Counted from the stretch's first letter, positions 26,333 to 34,998 are shown. The stretch: DNA of 64,000 bases from an uncultured Bacteroidota bacterium (GCA_902597545.1 CACJYD010000005.1:5420-69419), one strand, 5' to 3'. Numbers and translations: made by a program. Notes: a model not told the origin generated them from the letters alone.

Positions 26333-27471
26333 ATTTCTTTCTTCCAAAAGGCAATTCCACCAGCTTGTTTACCAACTTTAACTGAACTAACCAGCTCATA
26401 AGAATCAAGATCGATGACATCAACAATACCTGGTTCTCCTCCAATTCCTTCAACAGATATAAATGCATATTTGCTGTCAGATGAAATTGCAATACCGTGA
26501 GAAACACTTGTTGTATTCTTTATTATTGCTAACTCTTCTTTATTTTCAAGGTTCCAAATAGCAGTTTTACCTTCACTTTTTATAGTTCCAATCAGTAATT
26601 TTCCATTTGGCGTTATTTCTAAATTATAAGGACCTTTACCAGTTTTAAATCGATCAGAAACCTCCCATTTATCTAAATTAACTTCTATAACCTCATCAGA
26701 CCCATTGCCAGCTACATATGCAATGTTTTCCTGAGGGTGGGGGATGACCCATGTTGGTTTAACCATTGAATGTTTCATACCATCCATGGTATTCATCATG
26801 TTTTCTTTTTTATCATTAGACATCATTTTACCTTTCATATTATCATGATTCATCATTTTTCCATCCATCTTTTTATCATTCATCATCTTCTTTTCTAAAT
26901 TCAAAACCCTACTCACTTTAAGATCAAGTGCATCAATTTCAAAAAGTTCACCTGACATCATTGCAACAGAATATTGGAATAATCCATCAGGTGATAATCT
27001 TGAACCATGAGGCATCGAGCCAGTAGTAATCTTAGTTATCTCAGTCATTGTTTCTGGATCAACTACAGAAACATTTGATGGTTTCATACTTCCATGTAAA
27101 TTAAAATTCACACAATATAAAAATCCCGTAATGTTTGAAATTTCCATTGAAGCAGGAAATAATCCTAATGTAGTTCTTGCTACTGCTTGGTTAGTTTCAG
27201 TTGAGTATTTAACCAAAGTTCCAAATGGATTTCCATGAGCTAGTGATATATACCAAAAATCTCCGCTAGGATCAACTGTAATTCCGTGAGGGCCTTCAAT
27301 TTCAGCAAACATAAACCCTACATCAATTCTCTCTGCTTCAACTGCTTCTTTTCCATCAAATTTTATGAGGGAAACTGTATCTTCAGATTCAGAGGCAACA
27401 TAAGCATAATAATTCTGACCAATTGTGAAAAATGGAATTAATAATATCGATAATAATAACTTTTTAGACAT
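26329..27471 (-). CDS. exported YVTN / cytochrome-d1-like beta-propeller protein with a methionine-rich insert
   Basis: Signal peptide MSKKLLLSILLIPFFTIGQ. Repeated blade motifs GPHGITVDPSGDFWY, MPHGSRLSPDGLFQY, GPYNLEITPNGKLL and VSHGIAISSDSKYAF. Residues 193-236 hold 13 Met. Confidence 0.8.
   Translation of the reverse strand: MSKKLLLSILLIPFFTIGQNYYAYVASESEDTVSLIKFDGKEAVEAERIDVGFMFAEIEGPHGITVDPSGDFWYISLAHGNPFGTLVKYSTETNQAVARTTLGLFPASMEISNITGFLYCVNFNLHGSMKPSNVSVVDPETMTEITKITTGSMPHGSRLSPDGLFQYSVAMMSGELFEIDALDLKVSRVLNLEKKMMNDKKMDGKMMNHDNMKGKMMSNDKKENMMNTMDGMKHSMVKPTWVIPHPQENIAYVAGNGSDEVIEVNLDKWEVSDRFKTGKGPYNLEITPNGKLLIGTIKSEGKTAIWNLENKEELAIIKNTTSVSHGIAISSDSKYAFISVEGIGGEPGIVDVIDLDSYELVSSVKVGKQAGGIAFWKKEI
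26794..26895 (-). repeat. imperfect ~30-nt (10-codon) tandem repeats encoding the Met-rich insert
   Basis: Plus-strand units start with CATCAT at 26794, 26821, 26851 and 26881. Units 26821-26850 and 26851-26880 match at 23 of 30 positions. They encode KMMNHDNMKG / KMMSNDKKEN-type decapeptides. Confidence 0.7.
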
Positions 27472-27473
27472 AA

Positions 27474-29552
27474 CTATTCAATTGGTGGACTAGCTAATAT
27501 TTGAAAGAAATCTAGTAGATCTTCAGCACCTAATGCTTCTTTCAAAGTCTGATCACTTGCAAACTGATTTGTATTTGAATTATCCTTTTTCTTATCTAAT
27601 AACTTTAAAGCACCAATGCCAGTATAAAAGTCAGAATAAAAGATATTTCCTTTATAGTATTGAGCACCCCAGAGCATCGTCGAATTAGGAACATATCCAT
27701 CAGGATGTCCTGTCCCATATTTAGCTATTTCTCTCCCTTGTTTATATAAATCACCCATTAGTTCTCCACTAATATCAACAACCCTCACTCCAGCTGTGTA
27801 CATACCAATGTAAAGTACATCATCCTCAACCCAATAATTGTGGGATCCATGACCAGGGACTTCATATCTTGCTACTTCAACTGGGTTTTTTAAATCTGTG
27901 AAGTCAATAAAGTGTAAATAACCTGCAGTCTCATTGAAGGTGTTCCCATCAACACCCTCAGGAAATATTTCATCTCCCATTATGACATAAAATTTTCCAG
28001 TCGATTTACTTTTAAAAGGAAAAGCGGCATGGTTTCCACCTGAATCATATCTGTAGTTTCCAATTTCTACTGGATTAGAAGGAGATCCCCCTGCAATACC
28101 ATTTCCAACATCAACTAAATAAACACCTTGTTTCCAGTTTGAGGAATATGCTATTCCATCTTCAATCCAAACATCATGTATGGCAGAACCTGGTTCATCA
28201 ACTTCAAAAAATCCAACTTCTTTTGGGTTTTTTGGATCTTCAATATTAATTACGTAGTATTTGGCTGGGTTCGCAAATGCGTTTAATGCATATACATGAT
28301 TTTCATATATAAAAATATTGTGAACACCACCAGTTAAATTTGTTGTATACTCAGAAATAATTTCAGCATTTGATGGATCAGTAACGTCAATCAGTATAAT
28401 TCCATTTTTCCTTTTTGAAGATGCCTCTCTTGAAATAACACATAATTTCCCATCTTTTGAAACTTTCACATCATTAACAATTCTAGCATCTACTTGAATA
28501 CTATCAATTTTTTTGATATCTGTTGGATCGGTTACATCCCAAAAATATGCAGTGCCATCAGATCCCCATGTTCCAGAGACACCATAATCTTTTCCATCTG
28601 CGCCCTCAAAAAACCAAGCGTCTGAGGTTCTTCTATCAAATACTTCCCCCAAACCGAGTTTAACTATTTCTTTTTGAATATCTCTGTCAACTGCTTTAAC
28701 TTGAATAGATGAGTTGGTATTACCGAATGATGCATTGATTACATATTCACCAGCTATATCAGCAACAAATTTACCCTTTTCTGAAATAAGTCCTGAAGCA
28801 GTTGTACTTTTATTAGTGGAAACTCCAGAAAAAGAAAATTTTGGTTCTATTCCACTCAATACATTCCCTTTTTTATCTTTAAGTTGTGCTGAAAGATTAA
28901 TGACATCCCCAGTTTTAATTACACCTTTAGAGTCAGAACTCAGATCAATTGATACAACTGGGTTATTAAAAACATTAATTTTTTTGGATACACTTTGTCC
29001 ATCAAAAGATGCACTTATTACAGAACTACCTTTTTTGATTGCCTTTAAGTTACCCAAATCATCAACTTTAATTATTGCCGGATCAGATGACTCATATTTA
29101 AAATTTAAATCAGATTTTTCTTTACCGTCAGCATATTTTGCAACCGAATTAACTTCAGCAAAATTACCTACATAAAGCTCACCATTTACATTAAAGTCTA
29201 TACTTGAAGCTTTAGGAAATTTAACTCCAACCAAAAATGTTTGACTCAATCTTTTACCACCTTCCATGCCAACACAAACTGCAACAATTTCAAATATACC
29301 TGGCTCACTTGCAACGAAAAGTCCAGTTGGATCTATTGCTGCACCTACATTGAAAGCTCCATCTTTTTGATAATAAATCAGTCGTTCACAAGTGGTTTTA
29401 TTCCCGTCTAAATCAGAAATATAAGATTCAGCTTGAAAAGTATCCCCAATATTTAATATTAAACCATCTAAATTGGATTCTATACTAAGATTTTGAGAGT
29501 GATTTAGTTGTAAGCTAAAAATAGCTATAATAATAAGTATCAATTTTTTCAT
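27474..29552 (-). CDS. secreted Big_2 (Ig-like) + LVIVD-repeat beta-propeller protein, paralog A
   Basis: 692 aa with a signal peptide. N-terminal Ig-like modules (IKTGDVINLSAQLKDKKGN...). The C-terminus has LVIVD-type pentads: IILIDVTDP, YYVINIEDP, VYLVDVGNG, LHFIDFTDL and VRVVDISGE. Confidence 0.82.
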   Translation of the reverse strand: MKKLILIIIAIFSLQLNHSQNLSIESNLDGLILNIGDTFQAESYISDLDGNKTTCERLIYYQKDGAFNVGAAIDPTGLFVASEPGIFEIVAVCVGMEGGKRLSQTFLVGVKFPKASSIDFNVNGELYVGNFAEVNSVAKYADGKEKSDLNFKYESSDPAIIKVDDLGNLKAIKKGSSVISASFDGQSVSKKINVFNNPVVSIDLSSDSKGVIKTGDVINLSAQLKDKKGNVLSGIEPKFSFSGVSTNKSTTASGLISEKGKFVADIAGEYVINASFGNTNSSIQVKAVDRDIQKEIVKLGLGEVFDRRTSDAWFFEGADGKDYGVSGTWGSDGTAYFWDVTDPTDIKKIDSIQVDARIVNDVKVSKDGKLCVISREASSKRKNGIILIDVTDPSNAEIISEYTTNLTGGVHNIFIYENHVYALNAFANPAKYYVINIEDPKNPKEVGFFEVDEPGSAIHDVWIEDGIAYSSNWKQGVYLVDVGNGIAGGSPSNPVEIGNYRYDSGGNHAAFPFKSKSTGKFYVIMGDEIFPEGVDGNTFNETAGYLHFIDFTDLKNPVEVARYEVPGHGSHNYWVEDDVLYIGMYTAGVRVVDISGELMGDLYKQGREIAKYGTGHPDGYVPNSTMLWGAQYYKGNIFYSDFYTGIGALKLLDKKKDNSNTNQFASDQTLKEALGAEDLLDFFQILASPPIE

Positions 29553-29576
29553 TTTTTTAAGTTTTAGTAATTAATA

Positions 29577-31619
29577 TTAATCAACATATTGATTTGTCAT
29601 AGAGTTATTTGGCTTTAAGTCAGAAACTTTAGCAACACCAATCCCTGTATTAAAATCAGAGTAAAATACATGACCTTTGTAAAGTTGAGCACCCCAAACC
29701 ATTGTATCATTAGGGATATATCCATCCGATGTTCCAGTTAAAATATAACCAATTTCTCTTCCTTGCTTGTAAAGATCGCCAAGTAAATCGCCGCTAATGT
29801 CAACAATTCTTACACCACCAGTATACATGCCGACATAAAGTATATCGTTATCTATCCAATAATTATGAGATCCATGTCCAGGAAGCTCATATCGGGCTAT
29901 TTCAATTGGATTTTTTAGATCAGAAAAGTCAACAAAATGTAAAAATCCAGCAGTTTCATTTGTGCCATTTGGATTTACACCATTAGGAAATATTTCATCA
30001 CCCATTACGGCATAGAATTTTCCTGTTGATTTACTTTTAAATGGAAAGGTTGCGTGATTTGCCCCACTGTCATAAGTGTAGTTTCCGAACGCTACAGGAT
30101 TTTCTGGTGTTCCTCCTGCTATTCCATTTCCCACATCAACAAGATAAACTCCATCTCTCCAGTTAGAAGAGTATGCTATTCCATCCTCAACCCAGACATC
30201 GTGTATTGATTGACCTTCTTTTCCTATTTCAAACATACCGACCTCATATGGATTAGCTGGATCCTCTATGTTGAGAATATAATATTTTTGACCAGCACTA
30301 AGTGCATAAACATGTTTTTCGTCAATAAATAAATTATGAACACCACCGGTCAAATTCTTTGTGTATTCTTTAATAATTTTAACGTCATAAGGATTTGTTA
30401 CATCTATTATTATAATTCCATTTTTTCTGTTTGAAGCTCCCTCTCTACTAATAATAGCAATTTTTCCATTTGGGGATACTTTAACATCATTCACTGTTCT
30501 TGCATCAACTTGAACGCTATCAATTTTTTTAATATCAGACGGATTTGTAACATCCCAAAAGTATGCAGTACCATCCGCACCCCATGTTCCAGTTACAGCA
30601 TAATCTCTTTTATCAACACCTTCAAAAACCCAGAAGTCAGATGTATGTTTGTCGTTAACCGATCCTGCACCTATTTTTTTTACTTCTCTTTGAACTTTCC
30701 TTTGGAAGACATTAACAACTTTTGATTTTGATGCATTTCCAAATGATGCGGTTAAAATATATTTTCCAGGAACATCTCCAACAAATCTACCATCTTGAAG
30801 AATTAATCCAGATGCTGTATTACTTTTATCAAAAGATTTTCCTGTAAATGAAAATTTAATGTTTACATCATTGACTAGGTTTCCTCTCTTATCAAATGCA
30901 TCAGCTTTTAAGTTTATAACATCACCAGTTCTAATTTTTTCTGGTTTTTCTGCAATACTCAAATCAATATTATTAACATTATTCTTTTTTATATTGATAG
31001 TTTTTGAAGATTTCACACCATCAAAAACCACATTAATTGTAGCAGATCCAGATTTTACAGCTAATACGTTGTTTGAATCATCAATTTCTAATTTATCATT
31101 GGATGATGAAATTGAAAATTCTAGGTTAGAAAAATATCTTTCAGCATTATCAGATTTCCAATAATCAATATCTCTAACAACATCCATTTGGTCAGTGATT
31201 TTATATGAGAGTGGTATATAATTATCAGTGTAAATTGTTTCATTTCCTGTCAATATTTCAATGCTTTTAACTTTAGGATAATTTATTGTGACATTAAAAG
31301 TTCTTCGAATACTTTTTCCACTTCCATAGCAAATTGCAACAACCTCATGATATCCTGGCTCAACGGCTTTAATTGTTCCTTTGGCTCTGTTAAACTCCAT
31401 AACCTTTCCAGTCATGCTAAATGCACCTTTTTTATAGTAATATATAACCCTTTCACAATCAAATTTATTTCCTTGATTATCAACTGAATATGTCGTTGGT
31501 TTGTAAGTTTGTCCTATATCTAATCTTAATTCATCTAAATCAGATATTACACTTTTTTCCTGTGCAACCATTGTTACTGATAGCAAGCAGAAAATCGGTA
31601 TCAAAAATCTTTTTTTCAT
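29577..31619 (-). CDS. secreted Big_2 (Ig-like) + LVIVD-repeat beta-propeller protein, paralog B
   Basis: 680 aa with a signal peptide and the same architecture as paralog A. The C-terminal ~390 aa are roughly two-thirds identical to paralog A by eye (for example GTAYFWDVT.P.DIKKIDS.QVDAR.VNDVKVS). Confidence 0.82.
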   Translation of the reverse strand: MKKRFLIPIFCLLSVTMVAQEKSVISDLDELRLDIGQTYKPTTYSVDNQGNKFDCERVIYYYKKGAFSMTGKVMEFNRAKGTIKAVEPGYHEVVAICYGSGKSIRRTFNVTINYPKVKSIEILTGNETIYTDNYIPLSYKITDQMDVVRDIDYWKSDNAERYFSNLEFSISSSNDKLEIDDSNNVLAVKSGSATINVVFDGVKSSKTINIKKNNVNNIDLSIAEKPEKIRTGDVINLKADAFDKRGNLVNDVNIKFSFTGKSFDKSNTASGLILQDGRFVGDVPGKYILTASFGNASKSKVVNVFQRKVQREVKKIGAGSVNDKHTSDFWVFEGVDKRDYAVTGTWGADGTAYFWDVTNPSDIKKIDSVQVDARTVNDVKVSPNGKIAIISREGASNRKNGIIIIDVTNPYDVKIIKEYTKNLTGGVHNLFIDEKHVYALSAGQKYYILNIEDPANPYEVGMFEIGKEGQSIHDVWVEDGIAYSSNWRDGVYLVDVGNGIAGGTPENPVAFGNYTYDSGANHATFPFKSKSTGKFYAVMGDEIFPNGVNPNGTNETAGFLHFVDFSDLKNPIEIARYELPGHGSHNYWIDNDILYVGMYTGGVRIVDISGDLLGDLYKQGREIGYILTGTSDGYIPNDTMVWGAQLYKGHVFYSDFNTGIGVAKVSDLKPNNSMTNQYVD

Positions 31620-31651
31620 AAATAAATAATTAATCTATTAATATAATTAAT

Positions 31652-31687
31652 AAAAAAAAGGGAATCAAGTTTGACTCCCTTTTTTTT
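31652..31687 (-). terminator. hairpin flanked by A8/T8 tracts (bidirectional in form) just 3' of tRNA-Arg
   Basis: GGGAATCAA-gt-TTGACTCCC at 31660-31679 has 9 bp with one mismatch. Eight A precede it and eight T follow it, so either strand reads as hairpin plus U-tract. Confidence 0.7.
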
Positions 31688-31688
31688 G

Positions 31689-31762
31689 TGACCTCGGCAG
31701 GATTCAAACCTACAACCTTCTGAGCCGTAATCAGATGCACTATTCAGTTATGCTACGAGGCC
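31689..31762 (-). tRNA. tRNA-Arg (anticodon ACG)
   Basis: The reverse complement folds by hand into a cloverleaf. Acceptor stem is GGCCTCG/CGAGGTC, D-stem GCAT/GTGC, and anticodon stem TCTGA/TCAGA. The anticodon loop is TTACGGC, the variable loop is 5 nt, and the T-stem is GTAGG/CCTGC. 74 nt, CCA not encoded. Confidence 0.88.
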
Positions 31763-31853
31763 TTTAAATTTTAACACACAATGCAAATTTTAGAGTTGTT
31801 TATTACGAATTTATTACATTTATATTAATCAAAAAATTATTTTATTCTAACCT

Positions 31854-32600
31854 ATGACCAAAGCAACTAATACTAAAAATCCAAAAACTATTAATATTAA
31901 AAATAATCTGAAATATTTTTTCCAAAGCTTTGTTATAATTTTAAGTGTTTTTATTTCATTTTATATTGAAGATGTTAGAAAAGGTAATGAAAATATAATA
32001 ACAAAAAATGATCTCGTTAGCGATTTAATTATCAGTCTTGATGATGATTTAGTTCAAATTGAAGAATTATTAAAAATTCTTCAAAATTCTGAAAAAAACA
32101 TTCAAGAAATATTAAGTGATATTGATAATAATCATAAATCTCTTTCAGACATTGATGCAATTAAGACTATACTAGACATTGAGGTTGGTTTTTCATTTTT
32201 CCCCAAAGATGGCATATTTGAACAATTAATATCGACAGGTACATTCGAATTAATTAAAAATAATGAGTTAAAAAGGTTGTTACTGCAAATGTTTAATCAT
32301 CAAAAAGATAGAAATTACGCTACATCCCAAGAAATTGATAATTGGAATATAATTACTAGAGGTGAAATTTTAAAAAAGTTTAGAATTAGATTCAGTTATA
32401 ATTCATTTGATGGTGAATTTTATGGCTCAAGATCTGTAAATACATTTTATTTCAATACTAATTATTACCAGTCAAATGATTTTTACGGTTTATTATCTCA
32501 AGCTCAAAATTATTCAAATATGTACATGCGCTTATTGAATGATATTAAAAAATCATATGAAACAGCTAAATCATTATCTATTGAGGAGTTAAAAAAGTAA
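31854..32600 (+). CDS. membrane-anchored hypothetical protein (single N-terminal TM helix)
   Basis: 248 aa. A basic N-terminus is followed by FFQSFVIILSVFISFYI, then a helical Asp/Leu-rich region. It resembles the N-anchored uncharacterised proteins common in Flavobacteriia, but this is not verified. Confidence 0.6.
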   Translation: MTKATNTKNPKTINIKNNLKYFFQSFVIILSVFISFYIEDVRKGNENIITKNDLVSDLIISLDDDLVQIEELLKILQNSEKNIQEILSDIDNNHKSLSDIDAIKTILDIEVGFSFFPKDGIFEQLISTGTFELIKNNELKRLLLQMFNHQKDRNYATSQEIDNWNIITRGEILKKFRIRFSYNSFDGEFYGSRSVNTFYFNTNYYQSNDFYGLLSQAQNYSNMYMRLLNDIKKSYETAKSLSIEELKK

Positions 32601-32675
32601 TAATTAAATGAAAAAATTATTTATCGATAACAATTATCTTCTAGTTTTTAACATTATCTAAGACAAAATAAAATT

Positions 32676-33833
32676 TTGAAGTTGGATAAAAAGTATGATA
32701 TAATTTTTTGTGGAGGAGGTCTTTCAGCTTTAATCACACTTGATAAGATTATTTCAGATAATTTTTTTAATAATAAATCAATTCTTGTAATCGAAAAGAA
32801 TCTTGATATTATTCCAAATAAAACATGGAGTTTCTGGGAGCCAGTTAATTCAAAATGGAATGATTTTGTGACTAAATCTTGGGATAAAATACTTTTCAAA
32901 AGTTCAGATATTGAACTTGAAAAAAAATTAAAAGACTTTAATTATAAAATGATTAAAAGTGAATCATTTTATAGGCATGTAATGGCTAAATTAAAATCCT
33001 TTTCTAACATAGAGTTTATTAATGAAAATGTGACTGAAGTTAATGATTTAGTTGATCATGTGATAGTAAAAACTGATTCTGGTGAATTTTATGGAAAAAA
33101 AGTTTTTAACAGTGTCCCAAATGAATCTTACAAATCAAACCAAAAATTTCCAGTTCTATTGCAACACTTTGAAGGTTGGACAATTAAAACAGAAAAATCA
33201 GTATTTAATTCCCAAACAGCAACGTTAATGGATTTTTCGATAGATCAAAAAAATGAAACAAGATTCTGTTATGTTTTACCAACTAATAATAATGAAGCTT
33301 TAATTGAATTCACATTATTTTCAAAAGACTTGTTAAAAGATTCTGAATATGAAATTGAAATAAATAAATATATCGTGAATTTAGGTATTGGAAATTTTCA
33401 AATTATATCGAAAGAAAAAGGTATTATTCCTATGACCTGTTTCCCGTTTGAAAAAGAAAATACAAATAACATTGTTAATATTGGAACAGCAGGCGGATGG
33501 ACAAAACCATCGACTGGCTATACTTTTAGATTTATCGATAAGTTTTCAGATAGGACTATAGAATTTCTAAAATTAGATAAGAGTTTTAAAAAATTCAAAA
33601 TCAAAAATAGATTTTGGTTTTATGATTTGATTTTTATTGATGTGTTATATTATAATAATTCTCTAGGATCAAATATTTTTCAAAGAATGTTTGAAAAAAA
33701 TAAATTTAAATCAATTTTCAAATTTTTGGATAATGAAAGTAGATTAAATCAGGAATTAAAAATTATAATTTCAATGCCAAATAAATTGGCTTTTATTAAA
33801 TCTTTTTTTAGAAATATTTCAAAAATAATTTAA
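32676..33833 (+). CDS. crtY: lycopene cyclase family protein (CrtY-type)
   Basis: TTG start. FAD-binding N-terminus YDIIFCGGGLSALI. Conserved lycopene-cyclase motifs FCYVLP and GTAGGWTKPSTGYTF. Confidence 0.8.
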   Translation: MKLDKKYDIIFCGGGLSALITLDKIISDNFFNNKSILVIEKNLDIIPNKTWSFWEPVNSKWNDFVTKSWDKILFKSSDIELEKKLKDFNYKMIKSESFYRHVMAKLKSFSNIEFINENVTEVNDLVDHVIVKTDSGEFYGKKVFNSVPNESYKSNQKFPVLLQHFEGWTIKTEKSVFNSQTATLMDFSIDQKNETRFCYVLPTNNNEALIEFTLFSKDLLKDSEYEIEINKYIVNLGIGNFQIISKEKGIIPMTCFPFEKENTNNIVNIGTAGGWTKPSTGYTFRFIDKFSDRTIEFLKLDKSFKKFKIKNRFWFYDLIFIDVLYYNNSLGSNIFQRMFEKNKFKSIFKFLDNESRLNQELKIIISMPNKLAFIKSFFRNISKII

Positions 33834-33835
33834 GC

Positions 33836-34804
33836 CTATTTATAAATTTTAATTTCGGATTCTCCATTAGATTTCATATATCCTCTGTACATCCCCTCAG
33901 TATTAAAATCCATTATAATATTTCCATTCTTATCAATACCAATTACACCACCACTGCCACCTAAATCTTTCACTTTTTTCAAAGTATTTCGTGCCGCTAA
34001 ATTTATTGAAATATTTTTGTACTCAATTTGTGAGGATATATCATAAGCAACTACATTTCTAATAAAATATTCTCCCCATCCTGTAGATGAAATACCACAG
34101 GTGTTATTGTTAGCGTAAGTCCCTGCACCAATTATTGGAACATCACCAATTCTATTCCATTTTTTATTGGTCATTCCCCCTGTTGATGTACCTGATGTTA
34201 TATTCCCAAGTTTGTCTAATGCAACACAGCCAACAGTGCCAAATTTATTTTCCTTTAACGAATCTCTCTTTTTTGCATTTAGTAATGAATTCAATCTTCT
34301 TTGAGTTATAAAATATTCATTATCGACAATTTCTAAACCTTGACTTTTTGCAAATAATTCTGCTCCGCTTCCAGAAAGGAATACATGCTCAGATTTTTCC
34401 ATAACAGATCTTGCAGCTGATATAGGATTTTTTATGGTTTTAACACCTGCAATTGCACCTGCATTTAAATTTCCTCCAAACATTATAGATGCATCCATTT
34501 CAACAATCTCATCATTTGATAAGACAGAGCCTTTACCCGCATTAAATAATTCTGAGTTTTCAAGTACTTTAATTGTTGATTCAACAGCATCAACACTTGA
34601 ACCTCCATCTTCAAGTATTTTGTATCCAATGTTTAAGGCCTCTTTCAATTTTTGATCATAGGCTGATTCCATTTTTTCACTCATATTCTTTTTTAGAATA
34701 GTTCCAGCCCCACCATGAATGACAATTGCAAAATCAATTTCTCTATTATTTTCACAGCTAAAGAAGATTGAAATAAGAAAAACTATAAAAGTACGTCTAA
34801 ACAT
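33836..34804 (-). CDS. isoaspartyl peptidase / L-asparaginase (Ntn-hydrolase, asparaginase 2 family), lipoprotein
   Basis: Lipobox FFSC. Also IHGGAG, autoprocessing site GTVGCVALD and GGVIGID. Confidence 0.88.
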   Translation of the reverse strand: MFRRTFIVFLISIFFSCENNREIDFAIVIHGGAGTILKKNMSEKMESAYDQKLKEALNIGYKILEDGGSSVDAVESTIKVLENSELFNAGKGSVLSNDEIVEMDASIMFGGNLNAGAIAGVKTIKNPISAARSVMEKSEHVFLSGSGAELFAKSQGLEIVDNEYFITQRRLNSLLNAKKRDSLKENKFGTVGCVALDKLGNITSGTSTGGMTNKKWNRIGDVPIIGAGTYANNNTCGISSTGWGEYFIRNVVAYDISSQIEYKNISINLAARNTLKKVKDLGGSGGVIGIDKNGNIIMDFNTEGMYRGYMKSNGESEIKIYK

Positions 34805-34998
34805 TATAGTGCATTTTTTGTTATGTAGTATCTGTATGCTATTATAAGCATTTGTATTTTATTAACTTTTTTAAGATCTACTCCTTTTTTTGCAAAACTG
34901 GGTAAAATCAACTTGTTAATTTTAGCTAGAAATTGAAAAATAACTTTAGTTTTCATTTAATGCAATATACAATACATGTATTATCTTAGCAAAATATA

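Noticed and set aside
31620-31853. tRNA-Arg as an integration site with att-type direct repeats.
   Set aside because: No integrase is present. The only partial match I noticed to the tRNA 3' half (CAGGATTC near 9963) is too short to be meaningful. The point is kept only as a low-interest contextual remark.
34805-34998. Possible small RNA or operator in the 194-nt divergent spacer between the asparaginase and the antiporter (short inverted repeat ATGCT-N6-AGCAT).
   Set aside because: There is only a 5-bp repeat in AT-rich DNA, with no flanking U-tract or conserved box. The evidence is too thin to call.
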